A stretch of 63,153 nucleotides of DNA, counting the filler, from Octopus bimaculoides (taxonomy: Eukaryota), in assembly GCF_001194135.2 (NCBI RefSeq). It is 6 parts of 5 records of this genome, joined end to end, with 100 filler letters (N's around TTAATTAATTAA, not from the genome) between each part and the next. Parts side by side here need not be neighbours in the genome. Positions count along the whole stretch, not along the records: positions 1 to 28,768 come from NC_068996.1; 5 more parts are not named here. One strand, given 5' to 3'. The position numbers were made by a program, and so were the translations under genes. Numbering within the stretch: the first letter of the stretch is position 1; the number at the start of each line of letters is the position of its first letter. Below the pieces are notes generated by a model that ran no database searches, was not told where the DNA came from, and saw nothing but the letters and a program-made list of their open reading frames with translations. This document shows positions 11,521 through 24,050 of this stretch, piece after piece.

Positions 11521-12724
11521 TAACTATACTCTAATAATCCTTTTTGTCTTTAGATGGAAATGCTTTTAGANNNNNNNNNNNNNNNNNNNNNNNNNNNNNN
11601 NNNNNNNNNNNNNNNNNNNNNNNNNNNNNNNNNNNNNNNNNNNNNNNNNNNNNNNNNNNNNNNNNNNNNNNNNNNNNNNNNNNNNNNNNNNNNNNNNNNN
11701 NNNNNTATATATATATATATATATATATACATATATATGTGTATGTATGTATGTATGTATGTATGTATGTATGTATGTATGTATGTATGTGTGTATGTAT
11801 GTATGTAGTCTTAGTGACTAAGACAAAAAAGACACGAAGAGATGAAAAGTTATATGGTTAAGACTGGAAAGAAAAAATAAAATTAGTCTTTTCTTATAAA
11901 ATTAAAACAAAACAACACAAAAAATAGTGCAACAAATATGATGCTGAGAGTAAAAACTAATATTGTACATCATCAAATGTGCCATTTTAAAATTTAAATC
12001 AGAGGGATAATTAGCTGGTATGTCTAGCATATCAAGTGATTACATTGACGGTTCACCATTGCCTTGTGCACAGAGCTGTTCGGCTCCAGACTAACATTTA
12101 TTAAACCGATCTAAAATGACTAGCCTCTTTTTATTTTTAAGTATCAGGCATAGATTTTTATACAAATTATACAACGTTGTCTTTAAAATCATTTTAAATA
12201 CAAGTATGATTTTAAGGAGAACTTAGTTTTTAACTCTAGCAGTAATGGCTCTATTTATTTAACTGACAATTGGCTTCATTCAGAGGGACTTTGTCTACCC
12301 GCTTGATAAATTCCAGAAAATATTGAGAGTCCAAGCAAACTAGTGATGGTCTGCACCATAAAAATGGTTAATACAATTCGGAAAAGAAAACATATTAGTA
12401 TACCATAAAGAAAAATAACCTTTACGAAAAGTAAAAATACATCTCTCCTCCAAAATACATCGTAAAATTTTCGTAATTTCTAGTTACTTAAAATTTATCA
12501 TGAAATCTTTGGCTCAAACTAATATCTTGTAAATAAATCTAACCAGGAAAAAATCCTCTACGCTGCCATTCTACTTATTAAAAATTGTAACAAAATCTCC
12601 CTCAAATTATGCCTTGTTGTCCGTAAAGGAAATGTAGTCCATTGCCTGTAAAACGAAAGACATAAAAAAAATCAATGGCCTCCACCCAAAAATTAACACA
12701 GAATGAATAGTTTTTGCAACTTAC

Positions 12725-12730
12725 TTCCAT
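12725..12730 (-). CDS. Candidate first coding micro-exon (ATG GAA = Met-Glu) of a minus-strand gene
   Basis: Minus strand GACCAGAAAA-ATG-GAA|GTAAGT: A-rich start context and perfect donor, lying about 35 bp downstream of a CRE/E2F-like cluster. Confidence 0.45.
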
Positions 12731-12764
12731 TTTTCTGGTCACTTGTGTCACTACCATAGATATT

Positions 12765-12953
12765 TGACGTCACAAAGTGGCGCCGGGAATTCGAGCCTTT
12801 TCCACTGTTATGATCCCGTATATAGTACCTGTAATATATTGTAAAATATTATAACTTCATTATATGAACATGGTATGCTATCAAGATTTTATCTATGTTT
12901 TTGAAGTAGCATATAGCGATAGCCCTTTGTTGTAGATACATAATAATATGGCG
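12765..12953. promoter_or_regulatory. Candidate promoter (CRE, E2F-like and YY1-like motifs)
   Basis: TGACGTCA at 12765-12772, TGGCGCCGGGAA at 12778-12789, AATATGGCG at 12945-12953, all in unique non-repeat sequence. Confidence 0.45.
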
Positions 12954-13134
12954 TAAAAAATATTGTTCATGTATGGTCAAGTTGGTGTTTACAACTTGCA
13001 ATTAATCCGTACAAATGCGTAAATTACATAATTCAGCCGAAATTAATTCAGTAGCTTGCTGGCTTGTTTGTTACTAGTGGGTTTAATTTTTTAAAATTGA
13101 CTTTCGTGTCTTTATATATTTGTAATATTTAATG

Positions 13135-13345
13135 CGTGTAGAATCGTTACCACGCCGGGCAAAATGCTTTACGGCATTTCATCCGTCTTCACGCCCTGAG
13201 TTCATATTCCGCCGAGGTCGACTTTGCTTTTCTTCCTTTCTAGATCGATAAAATAAGTACCAGCTGAGCAATGGGGTTGATGTAATCGACTTACCTCCTC
13301 CTCTGAAACAGCTGGCCTTGTGCCAAAATTTGAAATCAATATTAA
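13135..13345 (+). mobile_element. tRNA-derived SINE, family A
   Basis: GAATCGTTA...GAGTTCATATTCCGCCGAGGTCGACTTTGC...ATAAGTACCAG...GATGTAATCGAC; more than a dozen copies in the window. Confidence 0.85.
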
Positions 13346-13800
13346 ACACTTATTTATGATTCTTTTTTTTTTGGTAACGTGTTCATATATGCCAAAGATT
13401 ACATTGGTTTGTGTAATAAAGTTTATGTATGCCTTGTTTGGTTTTACTGAGTATTAGAACATAAAAATGAATGCAACATATAGGGAACATTAACTATAAT
13501 TACTTCATCCAGGAGAATAGCGACACGTCGATGCAATTAAAATCTTTATAGCTTCAAATAAAATATAAAGGATTTAAAGGAAAGGCGAAAACGTTCTTAA
13601 TAGAAACAAAAAATAACATTTAAATGCAGTCAGCTTTTACAGATTCCTCTTACAGTCTGGTATTTTTTTTATCAACCGCTCTCTTTCAAAGAATCACTAG
13701 ATTATATATATAAAATAATGAAAACCAACTTGACACAATGGTAAGCATAAACTCTAAACACGCACACATTCACACACACACACACACACACGTATGTATG

Positions 13801-13834
<34 letters not shown>

Positions 13835-13954
13835 CATATACACACACAAACATATGCAGATACTCAAAGACAGACAGACAGACACACATACACACACACG
13901 CACGCACGCACACACACATACACACATGCACACACACACAAAGATATATTGCAC

Positions 13955-14290
13955 ATATAGTATGGCTCAGTGGTTAGAACGCCAGGCTCACAATTATGAG
14001 ATAGTGAGTTCGATTTCCGAACCGGGTTGTGTATTGTGCTCTTGAGCAAGACACTTTATTTCATGTTCACTCCAGTTCACTCATCTGCAGAAATGAGTTG
14101 TGACGTCACTTGTGCCAAGCTGTATTGATCTTTGTCTTTCCTTCGGATAACATCGGTGGTGTGGACAGGGGAGGCTGGTATGCAAAGATGACTGCTAGTC
14201 TTCCATAAACAACCTTGCTCGGATTTGTATTTCAGAGGGGAACTTTCTAGGTGCAATATCATGGTCATTCATGACCGAAGGGGTCATTAT
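13955..14290 (+). mobile_element. tRNA-derived SINE, family D
   Basis: A-box TGGCTCAGTGG, B-box GAGTTCGATTTCC, then CTTGAGCAAGACACTT...CTCCAGTTCACTCATCTG, shared with 50988-51195. Confidence 0.8.
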
Positions 14291-14450
14291 AGTAAATACT
14301 TTGTTATGTATAAACTTATTCCGCCATCATATTAACTGAGAGTAATTTTATATCTTGCGAAGTAATGTTGTGAGAAGTGGATACTTACATGCACACTTGC
14401 GGAAATCTACTTGGCTCACTGGTATCTCATTTTATTTTTAAAATACATTC

Positions 14451-14483
<33 letters not shown>

Positions 14484-14544
14484 TGTATGTATGTATGTAT
14501 GCATGCATGTATGTATGTATGTATGTATGTATGTATGTATGTGT

Positions 14545-15420
14545 GTGTGTGTGTATGCATGCACGTATGTATATGTGCAGATTTGTACGTTTTGTTTTAT
14601 GTGTGTCTTCTTGTCTATATCTAGACATGCTCATGTCTTCTCATTTGTATATCTAGACATACTCATATATATTTAAATGATAAACTTCTGGAAAGTTTTA
14701 CAGATTTCTACAGTTCCATTGATGGTTTGGATCTGTAGTCTTCAAATCAGCTTTCTCCTTTCTGGTTTTGAGAGGCCTAGTTTTTCAAGATTGGTATTTA
14801 GGCAGCGTGTTACATATCCCAGTGCCCCAATAATNNNNNNNNNNNNNNNNNNNNNNNTAGGCAGCGTGTTACATATCCCAGTGCCCCAATAATTATAGGT
14901 ACAAACCTGAACTTATAATCTGGATAGAGTAATTCCAGATTTCTCAATAGTTCAGTAAAGGTATTATCTTTCTCACTGATCTTCAGCATTATGTTAACAT
15001 CTGCTGGGCATCTGATTTCCACAACTGTACAGTTTCTCTTCTCTATCCCAAACCATTATATCAGTCTATTGTGTTTACATTTTATTGAGGTTTTCACTGG
15101 GACATTCCATCAGAACACTTGTTTATTATGAGTAACTATGGCTTCCACCATACAGTGAGTTCTTATTTCTTTGTCTTCGAGGCTATTCTTCCGACGAATT
15201 TTGTAATATAATGTCGTAGCTACATCATGTCTCAACGGTAGATAATACCGTGATGACATTTTTGGACAGCTACTTATGATTTGGGGTGATATCTTCGGTA
15301 TGTCTGCAATGTCTGCATCGATTATCGCATTTTACTGCTTTTCCTGCAACTCTGTCTCTTTTGTGCATCAGGTATTTTGTTGATATTTCTTGTTAATGGA
15401 AATCTCTACCAAATACCACA
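14545..15420 (-). mobile_element. R4/Dong-like RLE LINE, copy C
   Basis: ORF 14810..15022 MEIRCPADVNIMLKISEKDNTFTELLRNLELLYPDYKFRFVPIIIGALGYVTRCL is the RLE domain; (TATG)n on both sides. Confidence 0.88.
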
Positions 15421-15579
15421 TGCACGTATGTATGTATGTATGTATGTATGTATGTATGTATGTATGTATGTATGTATGTATGTATGTATGTGTGCGTTTT
15501 TGTGTCTATGTGCGTGTACAATTATATACTTCATGTACTTCATGATGTATACACATATAAACTAATCGAAAATCGAACT

Positions 15580-16445
15580 TTTTATTCCTGAACTCTGTCT
15601 CTTTTGTGAATCAGGTATTTGGTTGATATTTCTTGTTCATGGATTGCAAATGCATACCCATCAAAGTGGGAGGTATTAATCCGGCTGTTGGTCCACGATA
15701 AACTGCTTTGTTGATCGATGTTACTATCATCTCCGAGATTTCTCCTAAAATGCCATTGCATGGTCTTCTGCTTATACACGCTCATCCTTTCATCTGATGG
15801 TATGTTAAGTAGAGTCGTACGATTTATTTGGGCATGTATTTAAGGTTATCATACAAGGAATGTTGCTCAAGGAGCTCTCTTCCAAGTCTTATGATGTTAG
15901 CAGCTTCAGGTATACAAACTTGGTTAAGGGATGCACTTCGATACTTGATGGTCAAAAGATGTTGCCGAAGGGATATGATAGACTTTCAAAGGCAGTTTGG
16001 ATCGATATTAAGCCTTTGTCACCTTGTTTTCGTTTTAGGTAGGGGCGGTCTACATCACTGCTGATGTGTAAAATTATGTGTGCTTGTTAGTATTTTCCGG
16101 GTTTTCACATCAATGGCTTGGATCTCATCAAGCGTCCAATCAAGCAGCCCAAATGTTGATAATGAATACTGGCACTGCAAACACATTGTGAGTCACAATG
16201 CAGAGAGTTCTGAGATCCAAATTCTCTTGTAATATTCTTTAGTGACACGCGCTTTGTTACAGGTGCCATTGTAAGATATGTTTTCATCCGCCCTTAGATA
16301 CTTGTAACATTCTTCATCAGATATCAAGGAAATAGTTAAGTCATTGATGAAGATGTTTCTGGTCTGATTTACAGTTTTCATTTTTTTTCACATTCATATA
16401 GCAGTATTTATCCTGACCAAACTCCTTTGAGAATGTTGTGACAAA
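15580..16445 (-). mobile_element. R4/Dong-like LINE, segment D (RT C-terminal/thumb region upstream of the knuckle)
   Basis: CYKYLRADENISYNGTCNKARVTKEYYKRIWISELSA; colinear with 7610-7985 of copy A. Confidence 0.8.
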
Positions 16446-16947
16446 CGTACATACATACATACATACATACATACATACATACATACATACATACATACAT
16501 GTATGTATGTATGGATGGATGGATGGATAATATTTGTGTAAACTGGAATCAAACAATAATTATATGCTAACATATTTTGAATACCGCGAGTTTTTGTTTG
16601 TTTTTAATATGTGCAATGCGAAAGTGAAAATAAAACTCTACTTATTCAGCAATTTAGTTGAAAAATGTACCTTGTGAAAGATACGATAATCAAAAAAGGA
16701 AAAAGAAGAAACATGCATGAAGTTGCCTTCTGTCTTTACTGATAAACTTAAAAATAAACTTGCAGTCTGCTAACGTTATTTCTAACACCCACACTCTTCT
16801 TTTTTAATATTCTCTACATTAAATATGCTGAAAACTGTCGCTCTCTTTATACATGACAAACCACCATATTTGAAGAAAGACAATAAATGTAAATGAATAT
16901 TCAATTATTGACGTTTAATAAATAATGAATTCCTATATATCTTACAG

Positions 16948-16974
16948 GATGATCAATTGGAAGCTATTTACTAA
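16948..16974 (+). CDS. Candidate terminal coding exon DDQLEAIY*
   Basis: Acceptor TCCTATATATCTTACAG|GAT GAT CAA TTG GAA GCT ATT TAC TAA, followed by U-rich 3'-UTR-like sequence; no partner exon identified. Confidence 0.25.
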   Translation, partial: DDQLEAIY

Positions 16975-17589
16975 GACTTGCACACATACCAAATTTATTA
17001 GCTATTTTCATTCGACAGTCGAAACCAATAGGAAAATTTATTTTGCCTAGAGGTGATATCTGGATCACAACGTCTCCTGAATAATCTATTTATTTAATTC
17101 AATGGCAAGGAAGAGATAACCGCAAATTCAATGTGACTTTATTTTCAAGTTAATTAAATTCAGATGCTTCTATTTTGTTTTCGATGTTGAAGTTTTTGCT
17201 TAAGTTTTTACTGAGAGTTGATTTATTGTAGAATGTTATAAATGTTTTTGTGTGCATCGACTTAGTAATTTCACAAATGTTATGAATACTTTCATTTTTT
17301 TTTTTATAAAAATTAATATTTTTACATTTCTATCTGTAAAATATCGTTCAGGTGAAACTATAATATATCAACTATGGTGTGGAGTTCTTTCTCTTCTTTT
17401 TATTGGCCACAACAATGTCATTTAATCACCTTGAATGTTTGTCACATGACTTAACATAACCCCATATTTTCGGCTCCAGTAGATGACGTTTCACCTATGA
17501 ACTCGATTCAAGTTACATATATTTTTATATAGTTTTCAATGAACAATGTCATTAACATACTAGCTGTTCGCTTCTTGTGAACTAAGTTG

Positions 17590-17960
17590 GTATGAACTAA
17601 ATTTGCAGTGCCAAGTAATCTGTTTTCTCCACCACATTTTAATTTCTTGGCTCACTAGGGCACCAAAAATTATTTGCACAATATACACCTCTTTCATTGA
17701 ACATAGTTATTAGATTTCTCTCTTTATATCAACGTTTCACTCTCTTTTTTTTTTTTTTTCGATTCTGCCCTCTTCTGAGTCCAAACTTGTTACAAAGTCT
17801 CCAGAAAACCAGCCTAGAGACAAATTGCTGCAAAATATGCCACACTGTCTCTCATGTTTCACTACACATTCTGCATTTGCTCTATTCCAAAGAATGGTTA
17901 TTTCTGTGTTTAATGTAGCTTGTTCTCAACACTTTTTCCTGTGACGCTCATTCAAGGAAT
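17590..17960 (-). mobile_element. Second R4-like RLE LINE family, degraded 3' fragment
   Basis: Minus strand SKCRMCSET*ETVWHI (CCHC knuckle) and KEVYIVQIIFGALV (PIIxGALG-like). Confidence 0.55.
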
Positions 17961-18149
17961 CTGTTTTAGGTTATATGTAACGTTTTCGTAAGCACATCCA
18001 TCTTTATATGGAACTGTGTTTCGTATTATCTCTCTTAAGAACTAGCGGAGAATTTTCTTACCCTTCTAGTTGTTTTCCCTTTCTTTCTGTTTTTTTGTAT
18101 TTCATCTTATCCTAAATGCCTTTATGTAATAAACCTGCCTTTCTTACTT

Positions 18150-19430
18150 ACACCAGTACTGCTTCCTTTGTGTTCACCAACTCTCACTCAGAATTGGACC
18201 GAGAAGAAGCTATCCCTGAAAGCTCAGACAGAGGTAGTTAACGCGTACGTAGCATCAGTCATCTACGGTCGCCTAATCGTCGTGCTTTGTCTCGGTCTCC
18301 GTCTAACTGCATTGGAGCGTATAATCTTTCACTTCTGGTGGAAGGAACGCGTTCTGATGGTCAAGTGGTCCATCTCATGTTAACACCCGCAGCATGGTAG
18401 ACTAGGCTTGCAATGGATGATGATGCGCAAACATGCGCTGAGTCTGCGACATCTCCAGCGCTTCCTTCGCGGTGACCATACCTGCTCACCGTTTGGCAAA
18501 ATGGAATATCTTCAAGCACTCACAAACCTCAGCCAGTCGGGCACAACGATCGGTGGTAAGTTCAATTTATCGTTTTGTAGGGAATTAGTAGCAGGCAAGT
18601 ACAATGAAGTTCCCGAGGAGATTCTGGGCGTCGATGAGATTCACCTGGTTGGCTTGTTCCGGAAGACTTTCAGGCCGGAGCTTATGGACAATTTCCAGAA
18701 ATCCTTCGCCTGGCTGTGCTACCGGGTGACAGCGCATTGCCGGTTCGGGATAAACTCAGGATAAGCTCCGTGTAGTCAATCCTGCTTGCCTAAGATGCGC
18801 ACTGAGTGACAAAACTGTTCTGCACGCTCTTGTCCAGTGCCCGAGTATTGCTGACTTGTGGATTTATGTCGAACAGCTACTGTCATGTGTTGGACAGATC
18901 CGGTTATCGGCTGAATCCTTTGTGAAGCGCATCCCGTTGCCTTCCTCTGGCCAGGAATGACCAATAGTGTTTCTTTTCTTGGTAGCCTTTACGAAAGAGG
19001 TTGTATGGTGGACCAGATTGAAAGGGCTGAAGACAGATACTTTCCACTTTGACCAAGTTCTCATCAATTTTTTCAAGTTTCACTTGAAAAGAAAAGTAAG
19101 GATAGACAAGGAAGCGCTGCCCCACCCCCAGCCATTTTGTTGAAAGGTAAGGGAATGTGGCAAGAATAGTCATAGTCAACCGGTCTACTCTAAGCCTGCG
19201 CCTATAGACGATAAGGAAAGGGCACTTGCCTTAGTGGTCAGGGCCTCCGTGGTTTTGTGTGGTTTCCACGAGCAGCCCTAGGAAGTCTCTCACATTTGGG
19301 GAATTTCTTTTCATTGGGAAAATTTATTTTATCGTTTTTCATTGTATACACTCTCCGTTTTATGTAACCCTACATTGTATTTCCTGTACCGTCCCTATGT
19401 TTTCGTGAACTCTTAGTGGTGAATAAAGAC
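18150..19430 (+). mobile_element. Tx1/L1-like LINE 3' fragment
   Basis: KLSLKAQTEVVNAYVASVIY...LERIIFHFWWK, ETVLHALVQCPSIADLWIYVEQLL (CCHC), pyrimidine-rich 3' UTR with AATAAA. Confidence 0.8.
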
Positions 19431-19454
19431 AACATTAGTATTATTATTGTTGTT

Positions 19455-19675
19455 GTTGTTAAGGCGTTAGAAAATCGTTAGAACACCGGGCAAAATGCTT
19501 AACGACACTTCGTCCGTCTTCACGTTTTGGGTTCAAATTCCGCAGAGGTCGTCTTTGCCTTTCATCCTTTCGGAGTCGATAAAATAAGTACCAGTTAAAC
19601 ACTGGGGTCGATGTAGCTAACTTACCCTCTCCCCTGAAATTGCTGACTTTGTGCTAAAATTTGAAATCATTATTA
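19455..19675 (+). mobile_element. SINE family A
   Basis: Full-length match to the 13135-13345 pattern, ending in ATT repeats. Confidence 0.85.
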
Positions 19676-20708
19676 TTTTTATGGTAATTTGGTGAATTGG
19701 CAAAACCGCTTGAAATATTTCTTCTGATTCTTTACTTTTTGAATTCAAATCCTGCCGAAGTGATCTTTAGTTTTAATTTTTTTGGAGCTATTGAAATAAA
19801 GGACCAATCAAGTGCTGGAGTTGATTTAATCGATCAGCACCAATGATTGGTNNNNNNNNNNNNNNNNNNNNNNNNNNNNNNNNNNNNNNNNNNNNNNNNN
19901 NNNNNNNNNNNNNNNNNNNNNNNNNNNNNNNNNNNNNNNNNNNNNNNNNNNNNNNNNNNNNNNNNNNNNNNNNNNNNNNNNNNNNNNNNNNNNNNNNNNN
20001 NNNNNNNNNNNNNNNNNNNNNNNNNNNNNNNNNNNNNNNNNNNNNNNNNNNNNNNNNNNNNNNNNNNNNNNNNNNNNNNNNNNNNNNNNNNNNNNNNNNN
20101 NNNNNNNNNNNNNNNNNNNNNNNNNNNNNNNNNNNNNNNNNNNNNNNNNNNNNNNNNNNNNNNNNNNNNNNNNNNNNNNNNNNNNNNNNNNNNNNNNNNN
20201 NNNNNNNNNNNNNNNNNNNNNNNNNNNNNNNNNNNNNNNNNNNNNNNNNNNNNNNNNNNNNNNNNNNNNNNNNNNNNNNNNNNNNNNNNNNNNNNNNNNN
20301 NNNNNNNNNNNNNNNNNNNNNNNNNNNNNNNNNNNNNNNNNNNNNNNNNNNNNNNNNNNNNNNNNNNNNNNNNNNNNNNNNNNNNNNNNNNNNNNNNNNN
20401 NNNNNNNNNNNNNNNNNNNNNNNNNNNNNNNNNNNNNNNNNNNNNNNNNNNNNNNNNNNNNNNNNNNNNNNNNNNNNNNNNNNNNNNNNNNNNNNNNNNN
20501 NNNNNNNNNNNNNNNNNNNNNNNNNNNNNNNNNNNNNNNNNNNNNNNNNNNNNNNNNNNNNNNNNNNNNNNNNNNNNNNNNNNNNNNNNNNNNNNNNNNN
20601 NNNNNNNNNNNNNNNNNNNNNNNNNNNNNNNNNNNNNNNNNNNNNNNNNNNNNNNNNNNNNNNNNNNNNNNNNNNNNNNNNNNNNNNNNNNNNNNNNNNN
20701 NNNNNNNN

Positions 20709-20741
<33 letters not shown>

Positions 20742-21689
20742 TCTCACTCTCTTTCTTCGATACCTTTGACTCTCACTTTCTCTTTTCGTACATTTTGTCT
20801 CTCTCGCTCTCTCTTCCTTTCTCTCTCGTTCGCATGCTCTAAATGTTCACGTATCTTGCTTTTGCTTTACTTTATGATTTTGTTTGCTTGCTTATTGTTC
20901 CTTTTCCTTTTCTGCTTCTTATTGGATGTCAAAAGAAAGAAAAAAGAACGCCTGCCTTCTCTTCTCTTCATATCTCCCTGTTATATACTATATGATAGTA
21001 TATATATATAATATTTATACACGCACACACACACACGCGTATATATATATACATACATACATACACACACATACATTGATGTTATATTGATATGTTATCT
21101 ACACAGAGATATGAAACCATGAGCGCGCATGTATCATACACAACACATACACACGCACATTATATATACATATATACATATATACATATAAATATATAGA
21201 ATACTTAAGTGCACACGCACGTCACACACAAACACACACACATACGGGTGGGCGCGCACACACACACACACAAATATGTACATGTGTATATAAAATATAT
21301 GCCAATGTCAACTCTGTAGGCCTATCTATATACGTGCTAATTATGCTTCTCGGTGTCTGCGTGTTCATATGTATATATCTGTGCACACCCACCTCATATA
21401 GGTACATCTGTGTATTTTTGCATGTATATACACGCCTACTTTTCTACACATACATAGACACAAACACGCATTCACACAAATATACCCATATATGTATGTG
21501 TGCATGTACGTATTTGGGTGCTTTGCGTTTACATCTGCGCGCGCGCGCGTATGCATTTAAATATGCAGTTTACTCTTGTTTATCCGAACATCAAGAATCC
21601 TAACTTCGGATTATCCAAATAAGATCTAAAGGTCGCATAATTTAGTTGTTACGTATGGTTTTCTTTGTTTACAGTCTATTTATCCACTC

Positions 21690-22425
21690 CAATTATGAAG
21701 AAAAGAGAGGATGAAACCAATAAACTGTCCACAGTCTGTCTACCCTATTTGTAGACACATAGGGTATCCGAAAACATACAAAAGATATGAGGCCCATATG
21801 ACATCAGGACAGTATTCATGAGTAATACGACACTTCGCAAATATCTCCTTCGAGTAAAACTACCAATAGAAGAGAATATGACCAAAGACTGCGTGTACTC
21901 CATCCCATGCAGCTGTGGTACGTTATACAAAGGCGAAACATCGGCCCCCTCAAAATTAGGGTAGAGGAACATCGCAAAGCTGTGACACGGGGAAATATTG
22001 ATAAATCGGGTATTGTTGATCATATATGGAAAAATGGAGACAACTTCCCCCTGTGGGATGAAGTTAAAATAATAGACAGAAACCACCACTGGAAAATATG
22101 AAAACTAAAAGAAACAGTACATATGCTAGGACGCAGCAACTTCCTAAACAGACCGAGTGCAGATATGAGCAACATATGGGAACCGGTATTAAGGAAGGAT
22201 AGCAAAATATTAGATTTATAAGACCTAAAATTCATTCCATAACAACAACAACACCGGAAAAGACCTTAGGAATGAGAACCCAGATTCTAAATTTCCCCAA
22301 GACACCTGATGGAGGCTGGAGGGTATATCAGCCGAAACGTTGTGTTAACAACAAACAAGATGAGGACAAATATCCATCAATGTAAATAATGTACATAATT
22401 TCTCATCTCTTAAATATAGAACTGT
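21690..22425 (+). mobile_element. Penelope-like element 3' part: linker, GIY-YIG endonuclease relic and pLTR
   Basis: KDCVYSIPCSCGTLYKGET / PLKIRVEEHRKAVTRGNIDKSGIVDHIW...WDEVKIIDRNHHWKI*KLKETVHM, typical of the PLE GIY-YIG domain; followed by a terminal repeat also present at 528-723. Confidence 0.88.
22301..22346 (+). ncRNA. Minimal type I hammerhead ribozyme motif (core mutated, probably inactive)
   Basis: GACAC-CUGAUGG-A-GGCUG-loop-CAGCC-GAAACGUU-GUGUU: stem I GACAC/GUGUU, stem II GGCUG/CAGCC, palindromic AACGUU stem III; A9 changed to G. Confidence 0.65.
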
Positions 22426-22689
22426 ATTGCCTATAGTTGTTTCACTTCACACCCAATTTAAATTACAAAGTATATATAATAATATAAGTTTTCGTTTTGA
22501 ATACCCTGAATAGAAGATCTTCAGGGCAAAATGGACGTTATAGAGTTTACATTTTGATCAAAATGTAAACCCTGTAATGTCCATTTTGCCCTGAAAATAT
22601 CCCACCCAGACTACTCAAAATACAAACTTATATTATTATATATGTTTTGTAATTTGAATTGGGTGCGAAGCGAAATAATTGTTGGCAAT
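22426..22689. mobile_element. Spacer-less palindromic (fold-back) MITE
   Basis: Arms of about 130 bp mirrored around TTTTGATCAAAA (centre 22556-22559), e.g. CAGGGCAAAATGGAC / GTCCATTTTGCCCTG. Confidence 0.85.
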
Positions 22690-22825
22690 GTTAAGTAATG
22701 AATACATTAATCTATATCCATTGAATCTCTCCATTTCTAAACTTATTAATAATATAATAGTTGATGGTTTATAATACATCTATTGAAAAAAATCTCTTCA
22801 AAATATAATATATAAAACAGGGATA

Positions 22826-22866
<41 letters not shown>

Positions 22867-23349
22867 TATATCTATACATACATACAGAAGAGTTCAGCAT
22901 ATATATATATACTAATATATAATTAATACTGGTTAAATCTAATTTATTCACCTCAGCCACGTGCGTTTACCATCAAAATAATATCGCAGTGAATATAATT
23001 TGATCAGGGGTGAAAAATATATTTATATGTAATTAAAGATAAATTATGTGGCCACCGTATAATAAAGCCATATGGTAACAATTTATATTCATATATAATT
23101 ATATAAATATAATTATATAAAATACCATAGCAACACGCTAGAAGTAGACACCAAATGGCTCAAAAAATCACATCTACATTCCGTTTGCAAAGGTTGAAAG
23201 CGAGCAGATGAATAAGTAAGAATCTTTTTAAAAGGGTTAATTATAGATCAATTTCTAGCTTAGAGATGTTAAACCCTCTGCTATCATCAGTATAATACAC
23301 CCATAATATATAAATGCAAATATTTATACATACCCATACGAACAAGATA

Positions 23350-23725
23350 ACTGGTCAAAAACTGTCTCACACTCATGGCAGTGTGCGAAGGTCCATTGTC
23401 GTGAAGAAACCACCACTCCCCACTTTGTCACTGATCGTCTCACTGCGTCTAACAAACGCTTCAGAACTGCCAAGCAAAATGTCTGGTTAACTGTTTGATC
23501 AGGAGGAATAAATACTATGTGGATAATTCCTTCCGCATCGTTGAAACAAATCAACATTGTCTTGACATTGGACTTCACTTAACGCACATTTTAGGGTGTG
23601 GTGACAATGAATGCTTCCATAGACTTGGTAGCTGCTTCATTTCCAGGTCGTAGCCGTAGCACCAGCTTTTGTCACCAGCGATGACCTTCAAAAAAATGTT
23701 CGGCTCAACTTCCAACTTTCAGTTC
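23350..23725 (-). mobile_element. Mariner transposase relic
   Basis: KVIAGDKSWCYGYD...VKSNVKTMLICFNDAEGIIHIVFIPPDQTVNQTFCLAVLKRLLDAVRR, the first catalytic motif and downstream region of a mariner DDD transposase. Confidence 0.85.
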
Positions 23726-23961
23726 ACGACACGCATCCAGTTGAGCACTGAAGTCGATGTAATCACCTAAAATTTGCTGACCGTGTGCCAAAATTTGAGA
23801 CCAATATTTTATTATTAATAATTATTACTGTGACAAGCGGATTATACTTATCGTAGGTACTCTAGCCTAAGGCACTTGATCTCCTATCCGTAATACGGTC
23901 GCATTAGATACGGCAATTTTGATAGATTTAGAAATTAAAGAACGCACCTTATACGCTGGCA

Positions 23962-24050
<89 letters not shown>

